The notes beneath the pieces are model-generated. The model made no database searches. It saw only the letters and a program-made list of their open reading frames with translations, and had not been told where the DNA came from. This document shows positions 9,896 through 19,083 of a stretch of 37,278 nucleotides of DNA, one piece after another. Numbering within the stretch: position 1 is the stretch's first letter; each line of letters opens with the position of its first letter. Both the position numbers and the translations under genes were made by a program. Source of the stretch: a virus (lineage: Duplodnaviria; Heunggongvirae; Uroviricota; Caudoviricetes); the IMG/VR virus record IMGVR_UViG_2872698443_000007; one strand, given 5' to 3'.

Positions 9896-11068
9896 TTACG
9901 CGCTGACCTGGCTGGCGAAATTCACCAGGTACTGATCGGTGATGCGCTGACGCAGCATCAGGTTTTCAAGTGGCGGCACTGGCGTGTAGTCGTAGTCGAT
10001 AGTGAGTTTCCCGGCTTTCAGAGTGTCTTTGTCGTTCACCGACTCGTCCAGCCAGCAATCACCACCAATGAGATACCCCTGACTGACCAGGCTGCGCATT
10101 TTGGCGCGGATACCTTCGATAATGTCGCGGGCCAGCGACGGATTCAGCGGTTTGTCCACTGCCCACATGTGCGCTTCTGCCATCGTGTCCATCAGTACCT
10201 GCGCCGTGCGGGTGTAGTTTTCGAAGGCAAAGAGCGGGTCATCGCTCAGACAGCGGGAACCCCAGAAGCGGAAACCGTCTTTGCGGATAAGCGTGGTAAC
10301 GTCGTTCTGGTTAAGCAGACCTGCATCGGTTGCCGGGTCCTGCAGATCCCAGAACACATCAGCAGAAATTCCGGTGACACCGTTCACGCCCACGTTGGAC
10401 AGGCTTTTGTGCCATCCGGTCTGCTCATCAATTTTGGCGCGCAGACCGAGCGCACGGGCGGTGGCATATGCCGTTGCTTCGGCATTCAGCACCGTGTCCC
10501 AGCCCGTAAAGTCAGGCCAGATCAGCATCCCTTCGCGCTGGCTGAAGTTTTCACGGTAAGTGATCGCCTCCTGTACCGTCTTGCAGCCATACGCTGACAG
10601 GTAAGCAAACCCACGCAGGCTTTGCGCCACGCTCAGCAACTCAGTCGCAACGGCTTTGTTATCGTGGCCTGGCACGCCGAGAATGCGCGGTTTAACGCCG
10701 AGCTGTGACTGGGCAGATAACAGGGCTTTCATACCTGTTTTTTTACCTTCAGCAGTCACTGCGCCGATGATATTGGTCGTGGTTTCGTCTTCCGTTTCAC
10801 CCTGCGGCACACGCACAACAACGGTCACGGGTTTTGCCTGGTCAGCGATGGCATCCAGCGAACGGGCCAGAGTACCGGACTCACCCGCTTTACCGCTGGC
10901 AGTCAGCACATCAGTGATCAGCACGGGTTTATTAAGAGGAAACATTTTTGCATCGGCATCATCGCCCGTGCAGACCATACCCACGATGGCGGTGCTCACC
11001 GTGGTAATGGATCGGGTGCCTTCGTTGACTTCAACAACGCGCACCCCGTGGTGGTAATCCTGAGCCAT
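9896..11068 (-). CDS. FI: contractile tail sheath protein FI
   Basis: 390 aa, [32 protein letters not shown]...; first gene of the FI-FII-E-T-U-D operon. Confidence 0.8.
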   Translation of the reverse strand: MAQDYHHGVRVVEVNEGTRSITTVSTAIVGMVCTGDDADAKMFPLNKPVLITDVLTASGKAGESGTLARSLDAIADQAKPVTVVVRVPQGETEDETTTNIIGAVTAEGKKTGMKALLSAQSQLGVKPRILGVPGHDNKAVATELLSVAQSLRGFAYLSAYGCKTVQEAITYRENFSQREGMLIWPDFTGWDTVLNAEATAYATARALGLRAKIDEQTGWHKSLSNVGVNGVTGISADVFWDLQDPATDAGLLNQNDVTTLIRKDGFRFWGSRCLSDDPLFAFENYTRTAQVLMDTMAEAHMWAVDKPLNPSLARDIIEGIRAKMRSLVSQGYLIGGDCWLDESVNDKDTLKAGKLTIDYDYTPVPPLENLMLRQRITDQYLVNFASQVSA

Positions 11069-11194
11069 AGTGGCGAACCTCCTGATTGGATTAGGCTTCG
11101 CCCTATGTTGAAGTGATTGTGCCTGACAAACAGCTAAGCGCAGTTGTACCGTTATTCATACAAAATGACGGTATTTGTCTGCTTGCAGGGATAA

Positions 11195-11782
11195 TCAACA
11201 TAATGCTGATTCAGGGGATTCATTGCTCTTATTTGCCGGAAATTTTCTATAAATTGTGGAAACACCTACATCAAAAATCAGTGCAATACGCTGTCTTGAT
11301 TCTCCGGCCTCGAGTAAACGTCCAATCTGTGCCCACTGTTCGGTGATCAACTTAGGACGGCGTCCACCTACTCTGCCTTTGGCGCGAGCTGCAGCCAGCC
11401 CCGCCCTGGTACGTTCAACTATCAGTTCGCGCTCCATTTCAGCCAGGGCCCCCATGACATGAAAAAAGAAACGGCCCATTGGGGTACTGGTATCAATACT
11501 GTCAGTCAGGCTTCGGAAATTCACGCCGCGTTCGCGCAGTTCCTCAACCAGAATGACCAGATGCCGCATACTACGCCCCAGCCTGTCCAGCTTCCAGACT
11601 ACCAGAGTGTCACCTGCTGATAATGTTCTGAGCAGTTTTTTCAGTCCCGGTCTGTCGGACTTCGTGCCGCTGATTTTATCCTCAAAAATCCGCTCGCATC
11701 CTGCGCACTCCAGCGCGTTACGCTGCAATTCCGTGTTCTGGTCATTTGTTGACACGCGTACATAGCCAATAAGCATGAGCAT
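11195..11782 (-). CDS. serine-recombinase DNA invertase (Hin/Gin/Cin/Pin family)
   Basis: 195 aa, MLIGYVRVSTNDQNTELQ... with the resolvase-type catalytic Ser motif (YVRVSTNDQ) and a C-terminal helix-turn-helix. Lies immediately outside the invertible tail-fibre segment. Confidence 0.85.
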   Translation of the reverse strand: MLMLIGYVRVSTNDQNTELQRNALECAGCERIFEDKISGTKSDRPGLKKLLRTLSAGDTLVVWKLDRLGRSMRHLVILVEELRERGVNFRSLTDSIDTSTPMGRFFFHVMGALAEMERELIVERTRAGLAAARAKGRVGGRRPKLITEQWAQIGRLLEAGESRQRIALIFDVGVSTIYRKFPANKSNESPESALC

Positions 11783-11803
11783 CCCCCTGAATAAAAACCG
11801 GAG

Positions 11804-12319
11804 ATGATGCCAGTTGCCCGTTATCTCTGCATTTTCATAAACGTTGGTTTGGGAGAAGGTGCTCCAGCTATTGGCGTTCCGTTCTTCTGGCCCTCCGCGG
11901 CAATGCCAAATACTGTAATCGACAGCTGGTCCAGTATGGTGTTTTTGAAGTTCAACGGCGCGAAATTCTCTGCCACTGATTACCCTGTGCTGGCGAAAGT
12001 GTTTCCTTCGCTGGTATTACCTGAAGCCCGCGGTGATTTCATTCGTATCTGGGATGATGGTCGTGGTGTAGATAGTGGACGTGGATTACTTAGTACGCAG
12101 TCTGACCTGATGAAACAATTTACTTTGCAATACTACGGTCCTTCTGCTGGTACTGGAACAAGAACGGTTTTCGCCCTCCAGAGTAATGCGAACGGCATAT
12201 ATACGAGTGGTATTAGTCAGAATGATGGTAGTGGCACCGCTGCGGCTTTTAATGTACCAGGCGGCACCGAAACACGCCCACGTAACATTGCATTCAACTT
12301 TTTAGTAAGGGCTAAATAA
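11804..12319 (+). CDS. alternative tail-fibre C-terminal cassette (promoterless in this orientation)
   Basis: Open frame reading ...INVGLGEGAPAIGVPFFWPSAAMPNTV... from the crossover site; would be fused to the constant part of H after inversion. The functional part probably starts at ~11858; the ORF-track start at 11804 is not a real start. Confidence 0.6.
   Translation: MMPVARYLCIFINVGLGEGAPAIGVPFFWPSAAMPNTVIDSWSSMVFLKFNGAKFSATDYPVLAKVFPSLVLPEARGDFIRIWDDGRGVDSGRGLLSTQSDLMKQFTLQYYGPSAGTGTRTVFALQSNANGIYTSGISQNDGSGTAAAFNVPGGTETRPRNIAFNFLVRAK
11832..11857. repeat. invertase crossover site (left, hix/gix-like 26-bp site)
   Basis: TTTTCATAAACG TT GGTTTGGGAGAA. The half-site GGTTTGGGAGAA (11846-11857) is the exact reverse complement of TTCTCCCAAACC at 13689-13700. 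Confidence 0.7.
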
Positions 12320-12912
12320 TGAAACCTGTTTTTGATAAAAATGGGCTGGCTACAGTGCCGGGTGATATGCGTTGTTTTTATTATGATGCAGTAACATCTG
12401 AATATACTGGCTGGTCTGATGAATATATTAATACTGGTGTAAGTATGCCCGCCTGTTCCACTGGTATTGACCCGGGCGAATACATTCCGGGGAAAGTGGC
12501 AGTATTTACGGGTAAGGGATGGAGCCATGAAGAAGACCATCGCAATGAGACCGTTTACTCAACTGAAAATGGCGCAGCTGTTACAGTGGATTATATCGGT
12601 GCCATCAAAGACGGTTATGTCACGCTTTCACCGTTAACGCCATACGATAAATGGGATGGTGAGAAATGGGTGACAGATACTGAGGCACAACACGGTGCCG
12701 CAGTAGAAGCGGCAGAAGCACAGCGCCAGTCACTGATTGATGCTGCAATGGCTTCCATCAGTCTGATTCAGCTGAAATTACAGGCCGGGCGGAAGCTGAC
12801 GCAGGCAGAAACCACCCGACTTAACATTGTGCTGGATTACATTGACGCGGTGACGGCAACAGATACCAGCACCGCGCCGGATGTCATCTGGCCTGAACTG
12901 CCGGAGGCGTAG
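12319..12912 (+). CDS. alternative tail-fibre assembly protein (U'/G'-like)
   Basis: 197 aa; TAATG overlap with the preceding cassette; C-terminus ...LDYIDAVTATDTSTAPDVIWPELPEA typical of tail-fibre assembly chaperones. Confidence 0.7.
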   Translation: MKPVFDKNGLATVPGDMRCFYYDAVTSEYTGWSDEYINTGVSMPACSTGIDPGEYIPGKVAVFTGKGWSHEEDHRNETVYSTENGAAVTVDYIGAIKDGYVTLSPLTPYDKWDGEKWVTDTEAQHGAAVEAAEAQRQSLIDAAMASISLIQLKLQAGRKLTQAETTRLNIVLDYIDAVTATDTSTAPDVIWPELPEA

Positions 12913-13396
12913 GCCATTCAATATCTGGCGCACTGGAGGAATCAACCAGTTCCAGTGCGTCCAGATAATCAAGCCATGAATTATATTGCGCCAGTTCCTC
13001 ACCTTTCAGACGACCAATAGCAGCCTTTCCTGGCCACTGCTTACTGTTAATATATTCATTAACTCGATTTATGAGTGCCTGTTTTTTTCGTTCCGCTTCT
13101 GACAGTTGTTCTTCATGAGTTAGCGGCGGTACGTCATCCCATGCAGGATAGCCATCATCACCCGCAACTCTCACCTTCCCTGGAGGTGGGGACAGGTACT
13201 TAATAAATATATCCTCATCAACTTCAACTCCATTATGAGGCCATAACCCAGACTCCTTATACTGACTTTCCAGAGTAAATGGGTAAAACATATTAGTTTT
13301 AGCATCGTAAAGATATTTACTCATTTTATCTTCCTGTAGCAAACCAGCGGCAACCAGCGACAGTTGGAACATTGAAGGATGGATTTCCTTTATCAA
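12884..13396 (-). CDS. G: tail-fibre assembly protein (G/U-like), currently expressed orientation
   Basis: C-terminus ...LDYLDALELVDSSSAPDIEWPTPP. 3' end overlaps the convergent alternative assembly gene. The real start is probably the internal Met at ~13324 (MSKYLYDAK...), 2 nt after the H stop. Confidence 0.7.
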   Translation of the reverse strand: MIKEIHPSMFQLSLVAAGLLQEDKMSKYLYDAKTNMFYPFTLESQYKESGLWPHNGVEVDEDIFIKYLSPPPGKVRVAGDDGYPAWDDVPPLTHEEQLSEAERKKQALINRVNEYINSKQWPGKAAIGRLKGEELAQYNSWLDYLDALELVDSSSAPDIEWPTPPAVQAR

Positions 13397-14750
13397 GAGA
13401 TCCCAGGTTCTCTGCTATGACATTTGAGTTAGTCAATTTATAGAATTGCCATACTGACATTTTCCCTGCCACAGGAGCCTGGTCATGTTCATTAATAGAA
13501 ATGACGGCTGTCGGAAATGGGATAGGAAAATTAATCAAAACTTCATTTGTTGTGGCCCCAGTTAGCCCCCATTGTTCAATATAACCATCCGGGCTTCGCC
13601 TCCATCCCGTCGTTGTATCTCCCCCACACTCCCACGCTGACATATCAGGAATTTGGTTTTGCCCGTTACCCACATCCCGTTTTGCCGCTTCTCCCAAACC
13701 AAGGTATGCGAGAAGACCAGCTACATCCTTTCCACTCAAATTAGTCAGCGTATTGTCCAGCGGTTGTTTACCTACCAGCGCATTAAGCATTGTCGTGGCA
13801 AAGTTCGGATCATTCCCCAGCGCCGCCGCCAGTTCGTTCAGTGTATCCAGTGCCGCAGGTGCAGAACCCACCATTGCCGCAATCGCCGATTTCACAAAAG
13901 CCGTAGTGGCAATCTGTGTATTGTTGACCGACTGCGCCGCCGTGGGGGCTGTTGGCGTTCCGGTGAGTGCCGGACTCGACAACGGTGCTTTTAGTGCCAG
14001 CGCATTGTTAATGGTGGTACTGAAATTCGGATCATTGTTAATGGCTGCGGCTATTTCTTTCAGCGTGTCCAGCGTGGCTGGCGCACCATTAATAAGGGCC
14101 GTCAGTGCCGCCTGTACAAACGCAGTGGTCGCAACCTGCGTGGTATTATTCCCCGCCGCTGGCGTTGGCGCTTTGGGGGTTCCGGTAAATGTCGGGCTGG
14201 CTTTTGGCGCGTACTGTGAATGTGGGTCCTGTGCAGCAAGATGTTTTGCCATCAGGTCATCCACGTACACCTTCAGCTCCAGTACCTTGTCATCCACATA
14301 CTTGCGGGTTGCCAGCACTACAGCAGGGTCGATTTTCAGGGTGATATTGTCCGTACTGCTGGTAATCAGCACCATGCGCACGGTCTGGGTGCGCCCGCTG
14401 CCTTCAGCCAGTTGCGGCTTATAGCTTTCCGGGCAGTTGCCCACGGCAATCAATGCCCCGGACTCATCAAACAGGCCCACTTCACGTATCCACCAACCGC
14501 CCTCGTTTTCAGGGATCACCTGTTCAGCAATAATCTGGCTGCTATTCTGCGGGTCGATATAAAGCATATTCAGCGCAGCCCGGCGTTTCTCATTTACCAG
14601 TGCCGTCTGCTTTGCGTCCGGCGTTGGCAATACTCCGCCGCCATCGCCCACCGCCATATGGGTAATTTTTAGCGGCACACCGAGCGCGGCGGCGCTGGCA
14701 AGTTTCGCCGCGCCAATATCCGTCAGCAGGGTATAAAATTTTGTGCTCAT
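13326..14750 (-). CDS. H: tail-fibre protein H (constant N-terminal part plus currently joined variable C-terminus)
   Basis: 474 aa, MSTKFYTLLTDIGAAKLASAAALGVPLKITHMAVGDGGG... Contains two tandem ~68-aa repeats; C-terminal 120 aa lie inside the invertible segment. Confidence 0.8.
   Translation of the reverse strand: MSTKFYTLLTDIGAAKLASAAALGVPLKITHMAVGDGGGVLPTPDAKQTALVNEKRRAALNMLYIDPQNSSQIIAEQVIPENEGGWWIREVGLFDESGALIAVGNCPESYKPQLAEGSGRTQTVRMVLITSSTDNITLKIDPAVVLATRKYVDDKVLELKVYVDDLMAKHLAAQDPHSQYAPKASPTFTGTPKAPTPAAGNNTTQVATTAFVQAALTALINGAPATLDTLKEIAAAINNDPNFSTTINNALALKAPLSSPALTGTPTAPTAAQSVNNTQIATTAFVKSAIAAMVGSAPAALDTLNELAAALGNDPNFATTMLNALVGKQPLDNTLTNLSGKDVAGLLAYLGLGEAAKRDVGNGQNQIPDMSAWECGGDTTTGWRRSPDGYIEQWGLTGATTNEVLINFPIPFPTAVISINEHDQAPVAGKMSVWQFYKLTNSNVIAENLGSLDKGNPSFNVPTVAGCRWFATGR
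13689..13714. repeat. invertase crossover site (right, inverted copy)
   Basis: TTCTCCCAAACC AA GGTATGCGAGAA. Lies inside the H gene exactly at the codons for GLGE; the alternative cassette on the opposite strand begins with the same GLGE codons. Confidence 0.7.
13767..14198 (-). repeat. diverged tandem duplication (2 x ~200 bp) inside tail-fibre gene H
   Basis: Protein repeats TGTPKAPTPAAGNNTTQVATTAFVQAALTALINGAPATLDTLKEIAAAINNDPNFSTTINNALALK and TGTPTAPTAAQSVNNTQIATTAFVKSAIAAMVGSAPAALDTLNELAAALGNDPNFATTMLNALVGK. Confidence 0.75.
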
Positions 14751-15352
14751 GGATTCACTCTCATTGTGTCAATAACATGGACCGCCCCGCCTTCATGCAC
14801 GGTGCCACCGGAAATAATCGTTTCGTTGATATACGGATAGATCGTGATTTCTTCGCCAAGATAGCTGGCGGCTCCCACCCAATGCGGGCCGCTGGTCTGC
14901 AGATTGATGGACATGCCGATCATGTGGCGGCTACATGGTTTGGCATCGCTTATCAGTCGCTCAAGTTCCAGATAGGTATCTTCAGTGATGCCCTGGTCCT
15001 GCACGCCGATATCCAGGCGAAACGTGCCCGGTGCCTCTCCGGTCTGCCACCACTCAATAATGCGGATCAGAAAGCCGAACGGCTCCACCACCCGCCGCAC
15101 GGCACTGGTGGTCCCTTTATGCTGATGAATATAAAAAGCATCCTTCACCACCTGGCGCTTGACGCTTTCCGTCCAGCTCTCGTCCCAGCGATCCACAGAG
15201 AACGCCCAGGCGAGATAAGGCAGGAAACTGACCGGACAGGTCGCCGGATTCCACAAGTCACGCAGTGGCACCTGCAGATCAGAAATCCCGCTGCAGGTGT
15301 GCGCCAGTCGGCGCTCCAGTGGTGTTGAACCCGGTGGCAGCAGACTATTCAT
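14747..15352 (-). CDS. I: baseplate / tail protein I
   Basis: 201 aa; ATGA overlap with H; P2 order J-I-H. Confidence 0.7.
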   Translation of the reverse strand: MNSLLPPGSTPLERRLAHTCSGISDLQVPLRDLWNPATCPVSFLPYLAWAFSVDRWDESWTESVKRQVVKDAFYIHQHKGTTSAVRRVVEPFGFLIRIIEWWQTGEAPGTFRLDIGVQDQGITEDTYLELERLISDAKPCSRHMIGMSINLQTSGPHWVGAASYLGEEITIYPYINETIISGGTVHEGGAVHVIDTMRVNP

Positions 15353-16253
15353 CCGTTCCCCCGTTGGTCACGCTCCACTGCGTACATGATGCCGCCTGCG
15401 TTTTGTTCAGGACCACATCCGCCAGCGGGGAAGCCAGTTCCACACGCTGCACACCCTCCACATGCAGGGCGGCAAAAATGGCGCTACGGCGAATATCCCG
15501 ACCCAGCCGCGTCTGACTGGCGATGTACCTCTGCAGGCTGGCTTTTGCCGCTGCCATTACCGGCTCTGCTTCCGGCCCCGGATAGAGAAAAATGGTGGCT
15601 TCCACGCGGTACGGGATGATTTCTGCGCTGCGAACCGTCAGACGGTCAGCCACCGGGCGGACGTTCTCACTGTTCAGGGCTTTCTCCACCACATCCAGCA
15701 GGTCTTTTTCTGCAGTTCCATCGCCTTCGCGGCTAAGGACAGTCAGCACCACCTCTGCAGGTGCCGGGCTGGTTGCACTGGCATCCGCCACCCGACCGTC
15801 AGCGCTTCGTGCATGAAACTCATAAGCTGCAGTTGGCCCCGCAACTGAAAGCCCTTCAAAGGCTGCAGGCACACGCAGGCGTAACGCTTCATCACTTTCC
15901 ATCACAGCCGCAACGGGTGGCACAACGTCATTATCAGCAGGCGTCACCGTCAGGCGTTTCACGTTGTAGTTGGCAGCGATTTGGTCCAGATCGCCGCCCA
16001 TCGCGTAAGCCACCATCACCGCCTGCGCGGCTTCGTTAATGCGCTGGCGCAGAAGCAACTCACGGTAAGCGTTCTCCTGCAACAATTTGGTGACGGGTTC
16101 AGATTCCAGTTCCAGCGTGCGGATCACGGCTTCCTGCTCATCTTTCGGATGAAGCGCCACAAATTCTGCCTTGCGTTCGGCAAGCAGCGTCTCAAAGTCA
16201 GGCACATCCACAATCTGCGGCGCAGGCAACTGCGAAAGATCAATCACTGCCAT
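15345..16253 (-). CDS. J: baseplate assembly protein J
   Basis: 302 aa, MAVIDLSQLPAPQIVDVPDFETLLAERKAEF... Confidence 0.75.
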   Translation of the reverse strand: MAVIDLSQLPAPQIVDVPDFETLLAERKAEFVALHPKDEQEAVIRTLELESEPVTKLLQENAYRELLLRQRINEAAQAVMVAYAMGGDLDQIAANYNVKRLTVTPADNDVVPPVAAVMESDEALRLRVPAAFEGLSVAGPTAAYEFHARSADGRVADASATSPAPAEVVLTVLSREGDGTAEKDLLDVVEKALNSENVRPVADRLTVRSAEIIPYRVEATIFLYPGPEAEPVMAAAKASLQRYIASQTRLGRDIRRSAIFAALHVEGVQRVELASPLADVVLNKTQAASCTQWSVTNGGTDE

Positions 16254-16599
16254 TCTCTACTCCTGTTGATACGGAAAGGGAAACAGGCACACCGTTATTA
16301 CGCCGCCCGGTCAGCTCCACCACCATTGAACCGTCAAAATTGCCGTTAATGGTGATGGAATCCAGCGTCAGCCGTGGCTCCCAGCGACTCAGCGCCACAT
16401 ACACTGCCGACATGACCTGCAGGCGTAACGCCGGATTTTGTGGCTGGTCTATCAGTGCCGACAGCAGGGAACCATATTCCCGGCGGGCAATGCGGCTGCC
16501 CTGCGGTGTCAGCAGAATGTCCCGCACAGACTGGCGCAGATGATCAATATCAGTAATGACTTTGCCGCTGGTATTGTTCATCCCGCTATAAAGCGTCAT
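16240..16599 (-). CDS. W: baseplate protein W (gp25-like)
   Basis: 119 aa; position between V and J. Confidence 0.7.
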   Translation of the reverse strand: MTLYSGMNNTSGKVITDIDHLRQSVRDILLTPQGSRIARREYGSLLSALIDQPQNPALRLQVMSAVYVALSRWEPRLTLDSITINGNFDGSMVVELTGRRNNGVPVSLSVSTGVENGSD

Positions 16600-17174
16600 A
16601 CCGGGCCTCCGGTTGTATCGCCGCCTTTCAGGACGCCAGTATGCTGATGCGCATCAACCACGATCCCGTTAGAACTCATCGCTCCGCCGCCCTGGGTAAC
16701 GCCACCATTGATCACCACTTCGCTGTTAATGCGCGTGCGGTCAGCCTCCAGTACAAACTCAGTGGTTTTCATGGTGATGTTGTCAGCGGCCTCAATGACC
16801 ATTGATTTGATGCCCCTGACATACCAGCGCCCGGTGGCGGGTTCGTATTCAAACCAGCCACCGTCAGGATGTTCTGTCACGCAGGCGTCCGCCGACGTCG
16901 ACGGTGGAGCGAACTGATTCGAATAGACAGCGGGCAACGCAAAGGCGGTTTCAAGATTGCCGCCCAGACTCAGCAGCACAACCTGTTCACCTTCTGATGG
17001 TCGCCACCATGTGCGGGCATTCCCGGCACGCAGCGTCAGCCAGCTGATCCAGTTGGTTTCAAGGTCGCCCGTTTTCACCCGGCAAAGCCAGTTTTCCCGG
17101 TCCACTTCGGTGACTACACCTGTGCGGATCAGGTTGATGATAAGGCGCATGATTTCGGTTAATTGTGCGTTCAT
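16596..17174 (-). CDS. V: baseplate spike / assembly protein V
   Basis: 192 aa, MNAQLTEIMRLIINLIRTGVVTEVDREN...; preceded by a late-promoter dyad. Confidence 0.75.
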   Translation of the reverse strand: MNAQLTEIMRLIINLIRTGVVTEVDRENWLCRVKTGDLETNWISWLTLRAGNARTWWRPSEGEQVVLLSLGGNLETAFALPAVYSNQFAPPSTSADACVTEHPDGGWFEYEPATGRWYVRGIKSMVIEAADNITMKTTEFVLEADRTRINSEVVINGGVTQGGGAMSSNGIVVDAHQHTGVLKGGDTTGGPV

Positions 17175-17220
17175 AGGGAAAGGTTGCCATCAGGGGAAGA
17201 AAGCCGGCAGTGCTGCAACT

Positions 17221-17238
17221 TGTATCAGTGCTGATACA
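17221..17238 (-). promoter_or_regulatory. Ogr-type late promoter activator site (TGT-N12-ACA) upstream of V
   Basis: Perfect dyad TGTATCAGTGCTGATACA in the S-V intergenic gap, centred ~55 bp upstream of the V start codon. TGT-N12-ACA is the element I recall for P2/186 late promoters. Confidence 0.6.
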
Positions 17239-17242
17239 AAGA

Positions 17243-17689
17243 TCACCCCGCCAGCCATTGCAGAATCATGTCGCGGGTCATTGCCTCAACATCATCATTT
17301 ACACCCAGAAGGCGACGCTCTGCGTAACGGACCTCAGGTCCTTTGCGACTGACGCGATCACGTAAGCCGTAGTGATGAACGCGGGCAATACGCTGCACCT
17401 TACCTTCAAACTGTACGCTGGAAGAATCAGCGCTGGCGGCAGTTTTCAGGTATTTTGTGGTGCGCAGCTTTGCAAACATCTGACGTTTGATACGGCCTTT
17501 TTTACTGCGTGCTGTTAACCGTCGCGGTTCATAGCTGCTGCCGTCAGGATTGCGCTGCATCCTGATATTCTGCTGCTGTGTCCGGCGCAGTTCCTGCGCC
17601 AGCTGGCGCATCATACGGCTTCTTGCGGCTGGCTCCAGATTCGCCAGCAAGGCACTCAGCCAGTCGTCCACTTTCTGCAGTTCAGCCAC
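17243..17689 (-). CDS. S: tail completion protein S
   Basis: 148 aa; overlaps R; P2 order R-S-V. Confidence 0.7.
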   Translation of the reverse strand: MAELQKVDDWLSALLANLEPAARSRMMRQLAQELRRTQQQNIRMQRNPDGSSYEPRRLTARSKKGRIKRQMFAKLRTTKYLKTAASADSSSVQFEGKVQRIARVHHYGLRDRVSRKGPEVRYAERRLLGVNDDVEAMTRDMILQWLAG

Positions 17690-18134
17690 GTTTCACCGTC
17701 CACATTTCTTCAGGTTCATCAGGTTCCGTTATCGCTTCAACGCTCGACACACTGCCGTCAGTGCTGACCAGCACACGCTCCGTCAGTTGCAGGTTAAGGC
17801 TGATATCACAGATATCGTTGCGCAAAATATCCACCTCAAAGGTGAATAACTTTTCCCGTAACGCCGGATTATTGATGGCATCGGGCTGGTTATTCCGCAG
17901 CCACAGCAAAACCGGGGCCATCAGCAGATTCTGGTCGCCGCTGAAATCTTCTATCACCACGTTCAGGGTGTAACGGTACTCCCATGACATGGAGCTGGCC
18001 CCCGTGGCAACCAGCGAACCGTTATCCACAAACAGATGCAGTTTGTCCGGGTTATTACGGACATAAGGCACCGCTTTATTGAGGGTGTGGCGCAGGGATT
18101 GTGGTTTGTTCACTGTTTCGCTCCTGACACGCAA
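17682..18134 (-). CDS. R: tail completion protein R
   Basis: 150 aa. Confidence 0.7.
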   Translation of the reverse strand: MRVRSETVNKPQSLRHTLNKAVPYVRNNPDKLHLFVDNGSLVATGASSMSWEYRYTLNVVIEDFSGDQNLLMAPVLLWLRNNQPDAINNPALREKLFTFEVDILRNDICDISLNLQLTERVLVSTDGSVSSVEAITEPDEPEEMWTVKRG

Positions 18135-18366
18135 TAATCATGTCCACTTTGTCTGCACAGACCGCCCAGGCGGCTTCCGTTTCATCCAGCAACGCGTTCA
18201 GATCACCGTTAGTGCGCGGCGCTGCCTGCTCCAGCCGACACGGCGTCACTCGCGGACAACCACTGACGGTAAGCTGCACCTCCGGTGAGTACCGGACGTT
18301 CCCGCAGCCGGATAATGTCAGCAGGCAAAGGAGTATCAGCCCAGCGGCGTAAATCCTCGTTCTCAC
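18076..18366 (-). CDS. lysC: Rz1-like outer-membrane lipoprotein LysC (o-spanin), overlapping lysB out of frame
   Basis: Signal peptide MRTRIYAAGLILLCLLTLSGC with an L-S-G-C lipobox; begins inside the 3' part of lysB and extends into the start of R. Confidence 0.6.
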   Translation of the reverse strand: MRTRIYAAGLILLCLLTLSGCGNVRYSPEVQLTVSGCPRVTPCRLEQAAPRTNGDLNALLDETEAAWAVCADKVDMIIACQERNSEQTTIPAPHPQ

Positions 18367-18637
18367 GTTTCAGTTCCTCGATCCGGCGTTGTCGTTGTCT
18401 CAGCAGTGCGCTGGTCTGTTCGGCGTCGGCATAAAGCCGCGCCTGCTCCCGGTTGTTGGTTTCAGCCAGAATGGACAGGCTGATAAGCTGGCTGTTGCTC
18501 TTTGCCAGTTCCTGGCTTTTGCTCTGCAGCTCGTCTGCCTGCGTGCTGATGGTCTGGCTGGCATCAGCCAGCCGCCACGTCTGCCAGCACAGCGCCGCCA
18601 GTAATAACGCCAGCACAACCAGCAGCAACCGGTTCAT
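18209..18637 (-). CDS. lysB: Rz-like inner-membrane spanin LysB (i-spanin)
   Basis: 142 aa; N-terminal membrane anchor MNRLLLVVLALLLAALCW followed by a charged coiled-coil region. Confidence 0.7.
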   Translation of the reverse strand: MNRLLLVVLALLLAALCWQTWRLADASQTISTQADELQSKSQELAKSNSQLISLSILAETNNREQARLYADAEQTSALLRQRQRRIEELKRENEDLRRWADTPLPADIIRLRERPVLTGGAAYRQWLSASDAVSAGAGSAAH

Positions 18638-19083
18638 GCGGCTACCTGTTGCGCCATCTGGTTACGTGTGATCCAGAAGGCAATAACGGTCAGCAGATAA
18701 AAGACCAGGGTAATGGCCCACCCCGTCCAGGCGAGACTGACGACAATCAGCAATCGCATCACCCAGCTGATAAATACGTTTTCTTTTCGGGTAATGCTCT
18801 TCAGCAAAGATGCCCTCAACTCCTGCCAGAGAGGGCCGTTCTTAATTAACGCAGCCAGTGCTACCGGAATTACTGCCCATGTCAGCAGACAGGCTACCCA
18901 GACACCAGATGCTGCCAGTACCGGAAAAATCCCCTGTGGATACATCATTGTTGCGATCAACAGCCCCATCCATAACATCAGAAACAGCCCGCTGATTAAT
19001 TTCTTTTTCATTTCAGTTTGCTCCCTGTAAGCACCAGGCCATCTCCCGCGCACGGCGGTTATCCAGCCCCTGATTAAAAACAC
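18634..19083 (-). CDS. lysA: LysA-like membrane protein (lysis timing)
   Basis: Multi-pass hydrophobic protein. The ORF overlaps K by 70 nt, so the true start is probably the internal MKKK at ~19011. Confidence 0.6.
   Translation of the reverse strand: MFLIRGWITAVRGRWPGAYREQTEMKKKLISGLFLMLWMGLLIATMMYPQGIFPVLAASGVWVACLLTWAVIPVALAALIKNGPLWQELRASLLKSITRKENVFISWVMRLLIVVSLAWTGWAITLVFYLLTVIAFWITRNQMAQQVAA

Larger units (their letters stand above)
11832..13714. other. invertible tail-fibre segment (~1.9 kb, G-segment-like)
   Basis: Bounded by the inverted 26-bp sites. Contains two convergent sets of fibre C-terminus plus tail-fibre assembly genes (Mu G / P1 C segment architecture). Confidence 0.7.

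Noticed and set aside
11069-11194. Late promoter dyad upstream of FI
   Set aside because: Only TGT-N9-ACA arrangements are present (e.g. TGTGCCTGACAAACA); the spacing does not match the N12 element seen upstream of V and P.
13753-14424. 223-aa plus-strand ORF
   Set aside because: Mirror image of the tandem repeat region of tail-fibre gene H; its low-complexity Ala/Val/Ser composition comes from the repeats.
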